DNA of 64,000 nucleotides from a virus (Duplodnaviria; Caudoviricetes). Made by a program: the position numbers and the translations under genes. Location of the stretch: the IMG/VR virus record IMGVR_UViG_3300011116_001007. One strand, given 5' to 3'. The notes beneath the pieces were generated by a model. That model was given only the letters and a program-made list of their open reading frames with translations. It was not told the origin of the DNA and did not search any database. Positions 18,777 through 28,290 of this stretch are shown here, piece by piece; the first letter of the stretch is position 1; each line of letters starts with the position of its first letter.

Positions 18777-19397
18777 TCAAACTCCCATCACATGTAATGC
18801 ATGTTCATAATGGCTGATACGGTCTTCCAGGCCAATGTAGCCACCGTTGATGGCCCGAGTCAGCCCTTTGATGTCTCCTGAATCAGCATAACGATTCAAG
18901 TTGTTGGTTTCCCAAAACCAGCAGGCGCTTTGTGCTGCACCTTCAAATGTGCTCAAGTAATCGCTGGCTTCTTCTACATCAATACCCAAACTGCCGGCAA
19001 AGAATGTGTAGTTGTCACGCCCTGTGAGTTGTATCAGTCCGCGGCCACAAAAACGATAACCATCACCTGACGCTTCGTCGCCGTTGCCCATTCTGCTGGC
19101 ATATACTCTGTTGGCAATCTTTTCTGGACGATTGGCATATTGCTGGGCCAATTCCATTGTGGGGAAATACTTGCCAAATGTTTTCATCAGGCTGGCAGCC
19201 CGGTAGTTGAGATTTTCCTTGATGAACACAAAACTGCCCGACTCGTGAGCGCACTGTGCAACGAATGCTGCCACTCGTGCAGGTGTGTTGATTTCATAAT
19301 CAGGCAACAATTGATCAATGGCTTCGTACCAGTGGTCAATGTGCGGATTACGAACCATTTGTTTTAGTTGATTCAATTGCAGTATTGAATTGCTCAT
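18777..19397 (-). CDS. Glycoside hydrolase family 19 endolysin
   Basis: FVAQCAHESG, ENLNY, ANRVYASRMGNG, RGLIQLTGRDNY, AINGGYIGL; start MSNSIL via ATGA overlap. Confidence 0.9.
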   Translation of the reverse strand: MSNSILQLNQLKQMVRNPHIDHWYEAIDQLLPDYEINTPARVAAFVAQCAHESGSFVFIKENLNYRAASLMKTFGKYFPTMELAQQYANRPEKIANRVYASRMGNGDEASGDGYRFCGRGLIQLTGRDNYTFFAGSLGIDVEEASDYLSTFEGAAQSACWFWETNNLNRYADSGDIKGLTRAINGGYIGLEDRISHYEHALHVMGV

Positions 19398-19657
19398 TTT
19401 ACTTCCTCCCATATTTGTTTTTGTCGTGTGTACCATTCTTGCCAGGCTTCTGTTTGTGCTGCACATTCATGGTATGTGGTGTAATTTTGTGTCACAGTTC
19501 GGGTGAAATCCACAATCGTGACCCGGTCACCTGTGATGGTTTTTAATTCAGGACACTTGACCATTAATACATCAGGTGCTGCGGGAAATGCTGTTGTGAC
19601 AGGTACTGTGGTACAGGCTGACAGAAACAATACAAATACAAAGATTAGATATTTCAT
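19394..19657 (-). CDS. o-spanin-like lipoprotein
   Basis: Lipobox FLSAC; Pro-rich N-terminal part; follows i-spanin-like gene. Confidence 0.75.
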   Translation of the reverse strand: MKYLIFVFVLFLSACTTVPVTTAFPAAPDVLMVKCPELKTITGDRVTIVDFTRTVTQNYTTYHECAAQTEAWQEWYTRQKQIWEEVK

Positions 19658-20127
19658 TTCTTTTCTCCCACGGGCCGATTGGCCGCTGCGGCATTGTGTG
19701 TGTTCACAATGACTTCGGGAATGGGACAGTTTTCTACAAACCGGATCACTTCTTGATTTTTAACAACTTCGCGGTCCAGGTACTGCACAATGTCATTGCC
19801 GCGTTCTTTAATTACCTTGGTCTTGGTAACTATTTTGGTCACAATTTCAGTGTTGACTTGGGCACTTTGTTTTTCAGCCTCGGCCAATTTGAGTTCTAGT
19901 TCAGCCACTCGCTCGCGCCATTCTGATTCCACAGCATAACCGCCGCGCCAGTATACCCCGATCACCAGCAGAGCGATGCCCAGGACCTGTGCAGGCAACC
20001 GATATTGGTTCAGTAGCGGTACGGTTTGTATAAAAAAAGCAGCCACGGTGAGCAAGAAGCCTGCTGCTAGTAAACTGTTACAGATCCATAAGATCAAAGT
20101 GTCGGGCAATAAATGTAATATCCACAT
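19654..20127 (-). CDS. i-spanin-like membrane protein
   Basis: N-terminal TM helices, coiled coil, C-terminal Cys; upstream of lipoprotein and endolysin. Confidence 0.7.
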   Translation of the reverse strand: MWILHLLPDTLILWICNSLLAAGFLLTVAAFFIQTVPLLNQYRLPAQVLGIALLVIGVYWRGGYAVESEWRERVAELELKLAEAEKQSAQVNTEIVTKIVTKTKVIKERGNDIVQYLDREVVKNQEVIRFVENCPIPEVIVNTHNAAAANRPVGEKK

Positions 20128-20151
20128 GTAGATATTTATCTACTAGTATTA

Positions 20152-21009
20152 TTATTCTAACCCCATGCTTTTGCGTATGTTTGTGGCACTGATACTGTGT
20201 GTTTTTTCGTCAAATGTTTCTTGCTCAATGCGGTAACCTACATCACGTCCGTAAGTGATATTTACAATGTTGGGCACAACTTGTATTTCGTATTGCCCTT
20301 GATACACAGGGTCTAGATCTCTGCGTATATTATTCTTCACTTGATCAATTGCAAAAGGATTGGACCCTTGCCAGCCTTGACAATCTCTCACCTGGATTAC
20401 AACCTGCCCAGTTTTGGCTATGGCACGGTCAAACAAGGCACGATGTCCTGCATGCCATGGTTGCCAGCGACCCAGCATCTGCACAGTTTCTTTTTGCCAA
20501 TCAAACACAGGGCGTCGGCGATTGTCCAGGATGTGTTGCCCAACAAACTCAGCCCACTTGTCGGCGTTTTGCTCTGTGATACGGAAGTCGTATACTTCAG
20601 GTGGCACAAACGCTTGGTTGGTATCTTCAAAGCGTCCACGATCAATTGTGTCCATCCAAATGGTCCAGTCTGCCTTGAAGTTGTTGCGTTGTTCTGTTAA
20701 TGGTGCCACAAAGTCGCAGATCACATAGTCGCCTGAACATTTTAATGCAAATTCAGCCATGCGTAAACTTTGACGGATACGGCCTTCCCGACTGAAATCC
20801 CAGTCGTTGTAACGTTTGCGTATCTCGTCGGCATTGAACCAATCCACTTGAGAATGATATGCTGTGGGCACGGATTCCATGTTCACGGTTCTATACATGG
20901 GCATGGTCTTTATGCTGCTGTTATCTTCCAGGTATTTTTTTAGTGCTGTGGCCAGATAAGTTTTGCCTGAGCCGGGCAGGCCCATGATCAAGATTTTTTG
21001 TGGACTCAT
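20152..21009 (-). CDS. Adenylylsulfate-kinase-like P-loop kinase fused to a cytidylyltransferase-like domain
   Basis: GLPGSGKT, NADEIR, GRIRQSLRM, DFVAP; then LGRWQPWHAGH and ISATNIRK. Confidence 0.8.
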   Translation of the reverse strand: MSPQKILIMGLPGSGKTYLATALKKYLEDNSSIKTMPMYRTVNMESVPTAYHSQVDWFNADEIRKRYNDWDFSREGRIRQSLRMAEFALKCSGDYVICDFVAPLTEQRNNFKADWTIWMDTIDRGRFEDTNQAFVPPEVYDFRITEQNADKWAEFVGQHILDNRRRPVFDWQKETVQMLGRWQPWHAGHRALFDRAIAKTGQVVIQVRDCQGWQGSNPFAIDQVKNNIRRDLDPVYQGQYEIQVVPNIVNITYGRDVGYRIEQETFDEKTHSISATNIRKSMGLE

Positions 21010-21058
21010 GTTATTTCTATTTGTTTGAAGTGTGGTGTGCTATTATTTACCGAGCATG

Positions 21059-21979
21059 TTATACTAACTGTGTAATTTTGCTCACAAAATAACCAGCAGT
21101 TTTAACACCATAATGACTCATGTCACGACCCCAATCCATAGTCGCAAATGCCGGCACAAATTTAGCACCTATTTGCACTAGATGTTTTTCAATTACCGGT
21201 ATTTGATCCCCGGGAGCAAACTCAGGAACAAAACTGTGTATCACAGTGATATTGTGTTGCTGTGCCAGTTGTTCAACGCAATTAATACAGTCAATTGTAT
21301 TTTGTGTGTCATCTTGTGTTGTGGCGTTTTCTGAATAATGAAGAAACCGTTCCTCGTCGTACATACCATTGGTGCAATCAAAGTTAAATCTTTCTTTCTC
21401 AGCATCATAATGTATTTCTTTTATTTCTTTTTGCACATGCAGGGGCAGGGTGTGAAAATCCTCAAATTTTACGTCACTTGGCCAGGTTGCATCTTTGATA
21501 TTCTTGTAGAATTTTTTCCAATCAGAATTAATTAAATCGATTAAAATGGAATCTGGTTTTTCTCGACGGTGCGTGTAACTCCAGTGTATTACAATAGTAG
21601 GAGGGGTAATTTCAGTCAACAGATTTTGAATTTTTCTAGTGATCCATTCATTGCTTTGCCCGGCCATACTTACGTTGATACAACGTTGATCTAGTGCTTG
21701 TTCTAGTAGATAAACCCAGTTGTGTGATATTGGGTTACCAATGCCCACAGTCTGACTGTCGCCAAAGCACCAAACGCACTGCTGCAATTGTTCAACAGTG
21801 TCAGGCCATTCGTGATCTCTGAATCCTCTGCTGTTGTGATGGTAGGTAATTGGGTACAAGAACGCATTGTAATGATCAATGTCATGGCACTTTGTTGGCG
21901 AATCAATTTGAAGTTCTGTTGATCGTGCATTGCGTAAACTCCACCAGAGAAAATTAGGTAATATCTTTGCCATGGCCAT
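21059..21979 (-). CDS. SGNH-hydrolase-like protein
   Basis: FGDSQTVG, NVSMAGQSN, DMSHYG. Confidence 0.6.
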   Translation of the reverse strand: MAMAKILPNFLWWSLRNARSTELQIDSPTKCHDIDHYNAFLYPITYHHNSRGFRDHEWPDTVEQLQQCVWCFGDSQTVGIGNPISHNWVYLLEQALDQRCINVSMAGQSNEWITRKIQNLLTEITPPTIVIHWSYTHRREKPDSILIDLINSDWKKFYKNIKDATWPSDVKFEDFHTLPLHVQKEIKEIHYDAEKERFNFDCTNGMYDEERFLHYSENATTQDDTQNTIDCINCVEQLAQQHNITVIHSFVPEFAPGDQIPVIEKHLVQIGAKFVPAFATMDWGRDMSHYGVKTAGYFVSKITQLV

Positions 21980-22571
21980 TTCTTTGAATCTTTTCCACAA
22001 TCAAATCGTAAATTATCTTGTTGCCACGGTCAGTATAGTGATTCATAAAGCCGTTGTGTTTTTTAAATACCCATTCAAAGTTCATCATATTATCAAATTG
22101 ATGTAAATTGTCCCAGGGAGAGTGTACAACATGCAAAATTTTTCCCGTCGCAGTGGTCAATAAATTTTGTATTTTTTCACAGGTCATTGAATGCACAAAT
22201 TTTGCATATTCTAAATCAAAATAGTTTTCATAATAATCAACTATAGAACTCAATGATTTATCATTTTTTGCGTGTGCCAGGATGTCTGTGTAAATTAAAT
22301 CACTATTTTTATGCAGTACATCGTTGTGATGCACAGGATGAGTTCGAACATATATACGATTGGGGCTGGTATGTGATACCAAGATTGTATTAAATTTGTT
22401 TATGTCAACAGATAGCAACTGCTGATATATTTTGTATTCGCCGCAGCCGGGCTGTGCAAGATTAGTTACATCAAAACATTCGGCCAATTTATTAGGCCAA
22501 CCCCACCCAGGATATTTAACTGTCCAATCTGCGGCAAAACTATCGCCGCAGATCAAAAGTTTGTCAGACAT
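21954..22571 (-). CDS. SGNH-hydrolase-like protein
   Basis: ICGDSFA, NLAQPGCG, MNHYTDRGN. Confidence 0.6.
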   Translation of the reverse strand: MSDKLLICGDSFAADWTVKYPGWGWPNKLAECFDVTNLAQPGCGEYKIYQQLLSVDINKFNTILVSHTSPNRIYVRTHPVHHNDVLHKNSDLIYTDILAHAKNDKSLSSIVDYYENYFDLEYAKFVHSMTCEKIQNLLTTATGKILHVVHSPWDNLHQFDNMMNFEWVFKKHNGFMNHYTDRGNKIIYDLIVEKIQRNGHGKDIT

Positions 22572-22574
22572 AAC

Positions 22575-23234
22575 TTAGATTCTTCCCAATTTAATTTGCT
22601 GTAGGAATTGTTCAGTTTGAGCAGTGCGAATTCCAGTGATTTGCAGTGTGGCTCTGGGCACATGACCAGCATTGGCTGTGGCATGTGGCACATTGATCCA
22701 GTCAAATGTGGTCACACTTCCGGCTGACCAGCCAGACCACATGTAGTTGCCGTAACTCCAAAAATGACCCTGCTGCCAGTCTGTGAGTTGTACAAAATAA
22801 CGCACCACTTGACTGGGATCAGCAGGCATCCATTTTTCCAATTTGTCCAGGTGTAAATTCCACACTTGCCCGGGGTGCTGTACATGTATACGGGCCATGA
22901 CCGAGTCCAATGCAAATTGATTTGCAATTTGCTGAAACACCGGAGCAAGCTCATAGTTCAAATTGCTCACAACATAATCTTTGCTCATGCCGTATGATTC
23001 TAAATCGTATTCTTCACGGTCGTGTTCTTCGCTGCTGCGAACCTTGGCATCATTGGGCTGGCCTCTTGTGCGCCATGTCACAGGTCGACTGGTTTCTATT
23101 GCTGTGGCCAGTTCTTGATCCCAGTTGGGTGTTATGTGTCCCAGGCGTTCAACTCTGTCCCATTTGGGATTCCAGCGTTCTGTGTCAAAATGATATTGAC
23201 TGCGTTGTTTTGTCAATTCCCAATTTGAGTTCAT
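22575..23234 (-). CDS. Cupin / 2OG-Fe(II) oxygenase-like protein
   Basis: PGQVWNLHLD (HxD) and distal VPHATANAG...R. Confidence 0.6.
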   Translation of the reverse strand: MNSNWELTKQRSQYHFDTERWNPKWDRVERLGHITPNWDQELATAIETSRPVTWRTRGQPNDAKVRSSEEHDREEYDLESYGMSKDYVVSNLNYELAPVFQQIANQFALDSVMARIHVQHPGQVWNLHLDKLEKWMPADPSQVVRYFVQLTDWQQGHFWSYGNYMWSGWSAGSVTTFDWINVPHATANAGHVPRATLQITGIRTAQTEQFLQQIKLGRI

Positions 23235-23848
23235 ATCACTGTTACCCTTACGTCTGACATTGCGTAATTTTGTTTATATTCTGCTGGCGGCGGTTGTAGA
23301 TTTAGCATGTTGCACAGCATGATATTGTCCAATGGATTGCGCCCGGGATATTTCATTGCAGCATTGACTATGCCGCTATTCTGTTGTTTGATGATGGTGG
23401 CCATTGTTTTTAAATTTTTGTAGTGGCCGTGATACAGTGGATAAGTGATGTCAAAATGCCCGCACTTGACCCACCAGCCCAAACACGCATCGTCGGGTCG
23501 ATGTACCAGTACAACAGGACAATCAGGCCAACATGCCCGTAAAAAATCAATGTTGTTGGCAAATATATGACTTTTGATAATACGCACACCAGTACCAGTG
23601 AATGCACTGTTGAATATATCCTCCAGTGCATCTTTACTCAGTGCAAACAAGTCAGGAGGCAAATCAAACTCCATGCCAGGATCAAAGTATGCACCCAAGT
23701 GCATTAACTCCGTCTGCCCACTGGCATCGTGATGATAAGTCCTGGCATCACTGTAATCACTGTGATCCAGGCTGGGGCTGTAATAGATGTTCTTAACTAC
23801 GCTGCTCCATTTTGAGCCAGGAGCGCCGGCTACAAAGATATATTTCAT
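23231..23848 (-). CDS. P-loop/sulfotransferase-like protein
   Basis: FVAGAPGSKWS N-terminal loop; IIKSH; VLVHR. Confidence 0.45.
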   Translation of the reverse strand: MKYIFVAGAPGSKWSSVVKNIYYSPSLDHSDYSDARTYHHDASGQTELMHLGAYFDPGMEFDLPPDLFALSKDALEDIFNSAFTGTGVRIIKSHIFANNIDFLRACWPDCPVVLVHRPDDACLGWWVKCGHFDITYPLYHGHYKNLKTMATIIKQQNSGIVNAAMKYPGRNPLDNIMLCNMLNLQPPPAEYKQNYAMSDVRVTVI

Positions 23849-24804
23849 TCAGGTTTGAATCGTTGTGCTATGGGTTGCCATTCTTTGCGTAATTTAATCA
23901 TACTGTTATTTAATCCCTCAGCTGTGTGCTCTTTGGGATTTGTGAACATCATGTTTTCATCAAACTTTTGTTTGGCTTCTCGACTGTTGATGGCAGGTAT
24001 GAAGTTGGCGCGATACCAGTCTTGTATGTCTTTTGGCGTGCCTTTTGGCAGTATAAGATTCCAACAACCATAAATGTTTAGTCCCGGTGCGTAATCTTTC
24101 ATCAATGGTGTTTTTTCCAATCCGTGAATAGGTACTTCACTTGCTAGTCCAATCAACTTCAATTTGCCCGCCGGTACATAAGGATATCCCACTGCCACCG
24201 GAGTCACTCCAAACTCCACATGCCCGCCCATTACATCTAATAGTGCTTGTGCCGGACCTTTGTACATCACAGTTTCTACTCGATCTCCTGACACATTCAA
24301 TTTGCTGGTCAAGTATTCTACTGCTAGTTTGTGTCCGCCGCCACCAATGGCAAAATTGATAGGTCTTTGTTTGGATCGAATTTCATTTATCAATTCTTCA
24401 GGTGTGTTTACTCGGCTACTGGGATGAGCCCAGAACGCCAGCGGGCTTTTGGCAATGTTAGCAATTGGTTCAAATTCAAAAATATTGTATTTGATCAGCT
24501 GTGGATACCATATTTCGGCTGTGACCCATTGACTGTTACAAGCAGGCACCGACACAGTGTGCCCGTCATTGGCCACTGTGTTGAAATAATTAGTGGCGAG
24601 ATTACCGTCAGCACCTGGCCGATAGTCAGATACAAATTTTGCGCCGGTGTTGCGTTCCACGATATCTGCTGCAATTTTAAAACTTATTTCATTGCCCGCA
24701 CCCGGACCGTTTGGATATATCACAGTAATTTGTTTAGTGGGTTCCCAGGCCAATGCCATTGCTGGTAACAAAATCAAAACAGCCAGTATTTTTTTGATGT
24801 GCAT
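23845..24804 (-). CDS. Tripartite tricarboxylate transporter substrate-binding protein (TctC/Bug family)
   Basis: Signal peptide; PNGPGAG, RPGADG, YKGPAQALLDVMGGHV, LILPKGTP. Confidence 0.9.
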   Translation of the reverse strand: MHIKKILAVLILLPAMALAWEPTKQITVIYPNGPGAGNEISFKIAADIVERNTGAKFVSDYRPGADGNLATNYFNTVANDGHTVSVPACNSQWVTAEIWYPQLIKYNIFEFEPIANIAKSPLAFWAHPSSRVNTPEELINEIRSKQRPINFAIGGGGHKLAVEYLTSKLNVSGDRVETVMYKGPAQALLDVMGGHVEFGVTPVAVGYPYVPAGKLKLIGLASEVPIHGLEKTPLMKDYAPGLNIYGCWNLILPKGTPKDIQDWYRANFIPAINSREAKQKFDENMMFTNPKEHTAEGLNNSMIKLRKEWQPIAQRFKPE

Positions 24805-24855
24805 AACTTCTCCTTAAATATGTTTGAAATCAAAGTTATTTACCAAAAATTTTAT

Positions 24856-25590
24856 ATGAACACAAAAATTTTCTCCTTAATCACAAAAAATTTGCAGAGT
24901 GCGTTTATTTTGCCCAAGTATAGCAAAATTTCTATTACTGAACATACAGTGGTAGATCAGTTGCCCTGGACACCAGCACGCTACAGCAAGTTCAAAGATG
25001 CTGTGGAAGCTGAACTGGGCTTGAGTTGTGAATATCGCGGCACCTTGAAAGAAATTGTAGCAGACTTGTCAGAACGTTACACACACAGATTCTTTGCTGA
25101 AATTTGGCGGCCGCGCACAGGCGAATATGATCATTCAGGCTGGGCCTTGGTAGACGAAATCAATCAGTTAAATCCACAAAAGGTCCTGGACGTGGGCTGT
25201 GGATATCATCCGTTTAAGGGTCGCATACACAACATCGTCGGCATTGATCCGTACAACGATGCAGCTGATTATGAAGTGGATATCCTGGACTATCGAGTCA
25301 AACCCGAAAGTCACGACGTGATCATTGCACTGGGTTCGATCAACTTCAACTCCAAGGACGAAATTGAACAGCGGTTTGCACACTGCGTGAGTTTGTTAAA
25401 GCCCGGTGGTCGATTCTTTTTGCGGGCCAATCCTGGACTGCTGCACAAAACAGGTCCTTATGTGGATATATTTCCTTGGACATTCGAAATAGTAAATGAA
25501 TTTGCCGAAAAGTACAATCTAAGTCTAGATACCTTTAAGAAAGAACCCACCGAACTGGGGCGTCTTTATTTTGTGTATACCAAAAAGTAA
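24856..25590 (+). CDS. Class I SAM-dependent methyltransferase with N-terminal helical domain
   Basis: VLDVGCG, GIDPY, LLKPGG; start re-assigned to MNTKIF. Confidence 0.8.
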   Translation: MNTKIFSLITKNLQSAFILPKYSKISITEHTVVDQLPWTPARYSKFKDAVEAELGLSCEYRGTLKEIVADLSERYTHRFFAEIWRPRTGEYDHSGWALVDEINQLNPQKVLDVGCGYHPFKGRIHNIVGIDPYNDAADYEVDILDYRVKPESHDVIIALGSINFNSKDEIEQRFAHCVSLLKPGGRFFLRANPGLLHKTGPYVDIFPWTFEIVNEFAEKYNLSLDTFKKEPTELGRLYFVYTKK

Positions 25591-25592
25591 CG

Positions 25593-26228
25593 TTATCTGC
25601 CGGCCGCAGCCAACGCTGCACCGCGGTTGAAACTGTCAGACCAGCTGGCAGCATGAACGTTGCCGCGGGCCTTGGACCAACGATATCCGGCTCTGTGTCC
25701 CGAACAATCTTTGGTGCAAGGGCTTCCTAAGAAACTCAATTCATCCAGTTGCTGTGTGGGCTCCAAGAATGTGGCAGCAAACTGATGGCACAGTTCATGC
25801 AGTTTGCGATTTCTTGTGCATTCGGTGTGAAATCGCTTGTGGCCGACTCGTTGTGTGGGATCTTGATAGCCGCAGTACACTTTGTGTATGCCGTGTTCAT
25901 GCAAGAGATCGGTACAAGGAGCGCCGTCACGTTCGTCCATGTGTTCGCTGCAAGGACTCAGCGTGGTGATCACTATGCTGCCCCTGGGCACAGCGCCAAA
26001 CTGCTGAGTGTAAGCATTGATAGCAGCACGTTCAGCATGCACACGATGACCAGTGTCACTGGGATGATTGATGCTGGCTATGCATTGATTGTCAGGATCC
26101 AGCACCGCAGCAGCCACCATGCCCAGATCAGGATTCTGTTGTTGGCCGCGAATGACCATTTCGCATAACTGTGCAAGTATGCGATCTAGTTTGTCGTGGT
26201 CGTGTATTTGGAAATCTTCAGCTCTCAT
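25593..26228 (-). CDS. Zn-dependent deaminase (CDA/RibD-like) with C-terminal Cys module
   Basis: HAERAAI and TTLSPCS...PC; C-terminal GSPCTKDCSGHRAGY. Confidence 0.8.
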   Translation of the reverse strand: MRAEDFQIHDHDKLDRILAQLCEMVIRGQQQNPDLGMVAAAVLDPDNQCIASINHPSDTGHRVHAERAAINAYTQQFGAVPRGSIVITTLSPCSEHMDERDGAPCTDLLHEHGIHKVYCGYQDPTQRVGHKRFHTECTRNRKLHELCHQFAATFLEPTQQLDELSFLGSPCTKDCSGHRAGYRWSKARGNVHAASWSDSFNRGAALAAAGR

Positions 26229-26392
26229 TGCATTCGAAATGACATACTGATAGGGATCATTCTGGTGGATCTACGCACTTTGCGTTGTTGACGTTCAGAT
26301 GTTTGCGGCGTTTCAGGACCTGCTGGTGCATCAAGTCGGATGGGCGCACCGGGCAGTGGACGTATAGGGCGGCCATTGGCAGTGCGTTTCAT
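26225..26392 (-). CDS. Small basic hypothetical protein (55 aa, not in ORF track)
   Basis: MKRTANGRPIRPLPG...; ATGA overlaps at both ends. Confidence 0.5.
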   Translation of the reverse strand: MKRTANGRPIRPLPGAPIRLDAPAGPETPQTSERQQRKVRRSTRMIPISMSFRMQ

Positions 26393-27762
26393 CGTGGTTG
26401 CACCGCTGTGGGCATGTGACGATACTGACGTGGACCATTAGGTGCGGCTGCAGGCGGCGTTGTGACACCGGCCAGTCGACGCATGGCCGCAAGTGAATCT
26501 TCTGCTAATCCTGCTTGTCTCTCGTCTGTGGTGTCGCCGGTGACCTGATATGTTTTTCCATGTACTACAAATGTGTCTTGGTCGGCTTTGATAGCATTCA
26601 TTCTAGCATCAGTGAATACATTGGATTCCGCCATGCCCTGTTGTCCGTATGCAGGATCTTTGTATTTGTCCAGGGCTCGAGGTATATCACGGTTAACTAT
26701 TCGCGCGGCTTTTTTGTTATTGGTTGTGGCCAATCCAGCAGGGCCTTTTATTCTAGCGGGTTGTGCTCGAACGTAATTTCTTAATGTGTCTTTTGAAAGT
26801 TCGTCCAGTTGATCTTCATCCACTTGCTCTGCAGCTTTTCTGAATCCTTTGTTGGGAATCCATCCTGCAATGGGCTTGCACTTGCAACTATCACCAGGGC
26901 ACTTGCAGTTGATCATGCCACATTGGCGACAGCGGTTTTCTTCGCTTTCCTCTATGCTTTCGTTGGGCACACAGTTGCGAACTTGCCCACCATTTTTGCC
27001 TGTTTTGGTGCCTTCGGCATGCTTGCCTGGCCAGCAACGAGTGTAGCCATTGCTGTCTTTCTCGCCCTTTTTAATTTCGTTTAGACTGCCGTGTGTTTGA
27101 CACATGCCACAGTCTTCACACACCATTTCCATTTCAATTGATTCATTGTGCTTCTGTTTACCGGCACAGTGCGCCTTTTGGCTGAAACCTTTGGGGTGGC
27201 TGCAATTGATTGAATTCTTGTACTTTTGACTCCACTCCTCCGCCACACCTTTGACTGGTTTGATGTCAATGATGTCTAGATCATATTCGTTGGCCAATTT
27301 CCATGCTGCTTCAAAGTCAGGAGCGTCAATAGTCATCTTGCCACCTTCACCATGTGATCCACTATGAATCACCAGCCACTTTCGCATGCCTTCCGCCACA
27401 CTTTGTTTGTTGATATCTTTTTGACGCAGACTGTTTTTCATTGTGTCAATCTTCTTGCCTGCACCCACTTGGTCAGCATTGGCATCTTTAGCAGCCTGGT
27501 TGTAGGCACGTTTTCGTTTCTTGAGTTCTGCGTTCTCCGCCACACCTTGCTTGTTTAGATCTTTCAATTTAGCTAGTTTGGCATCATTATCAAACTGTTT
27601 TATGGTAGCAGCATTTATGCCTTTAAAACGTTTGTGACCGCGAGCAAAATTGCCCGCTGCGTCTGCTGCTGCGGCGTCGGCACCTGCGTCAGTTTTGTAT
27701 TTTGTTAATTTTTCGTTGGCTTTTAATAGCCGTTCTTTTTCATCAAATTCTCGTAGTCTCAT
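26389..27762 (-). CDS. Modular putative internal head protein
   Basis: MRLREF start; Cys-rich modules separated by VAE/LNE/LDE linkers; EDSLAAMRRLAG tail. Confidence 0.7.
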   Translation of the reverse strand: MRLREFDEKERLLKANEKLTKYKTDAGADAAAADAAGNFARGHKRFKGINAATIKQFDNDAKLAKLKDLNKQGVAENAELKKRKRAYNQAAKDANADQVGAGKKIDTMKNSLRQKDINKQSVAEGMRKWLVIHSGSHGEGGKMTIDAPDFEAAWKLANEYDLDIIDIKPVKGVAEEWSQKYKNSINCSHPKGFSQKAHCAGKQKHNESIEMEMVCEDCGMCQTHGSLNEIKKGEKDSNGYTRCWPGKHAEGTKTGKNGGQVRNCVPNESIEESEENRCRQCGMINCKCPGDSCKCKPIAGWIPNKGFRKAAEQVDEDQLDELSKDTLRNYVRAQPARIKGPAGLATTNNKKAARIVNRDIPRALDKYKDPAYGQQGMAESNVFTDARMNAIKADQDTFVVHGKTYQVTGDTTDERQAGLAEDSLAAMRRLAGVTTPPAAAPNGPRQYRHMPTAVQPR

Positions 27763-28289
27763 ATCAACCCCGCAATAGATTGTAATGCACGAACATCATC
27801 CTGCACTTCGTGTATGCGCTTGGGAGAAATCCCAGCAGCAATACGCCATTCGTTAAGGTCGCCATTGGTAGTGCGACGATATTCATTTGGCGTCATTGGC
27901 ACTGTTTTTGCAAAAGCTTCTTCTGACCAAGGCCAGTGACGATTTTTGTAGTGTACTGTCCAGTCTTCAGGATCAAATTCTGTTAAGGTGCTGAGATCGT
28001 CCAACAAGATCTGTATGTTCTGTGCTGCTGTGCTGCGTCTGCGTATTTCCACATACACCAAATAGCGTGACGGTTTGATTTCGCCGGGGCTGCGGTCAGC
28101 GTCAATCACAAAGTCGTAGCCCTTTTCAAACCAACCCATCAGGTCCTTGGCAGCTTGTAGATCACGCACAAAGAAGCTGAGCACAATGATGTCTTCATCG
28201 TCGCCCATTTTGCTGGAAAATTCGTCCACATGCATGGTGGGCTTCATGATGCCGTCTAGGTCTTTGTATTGCAGGCCTTCAGCCAGCAT
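27759..28289 (-). CDS. Hypothetical phage protein
   Basis: Likely start MLAEGLQYKD right after the previous stop; ends ALQSIAGLI. Confidence 0.65.
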   Translation of the reverse strand: MLAEGLQYKDLDGIMKPTMHVDEFSSKMGDDEDIIVLSFFVRDLQAAKDLMGWFEKGYDFVIDADRSPGEIKPSRYLVYVEIRRRSTAAQNIQILLDDLSTLTEFDPEDWTVHYKNRHWPWSEEAFAKTVPMTPNEYRRTTNGDLNEWRIAAGISPKRIHEVQDDVRALQSIAGLI

Positions 28290-28290
28290 T

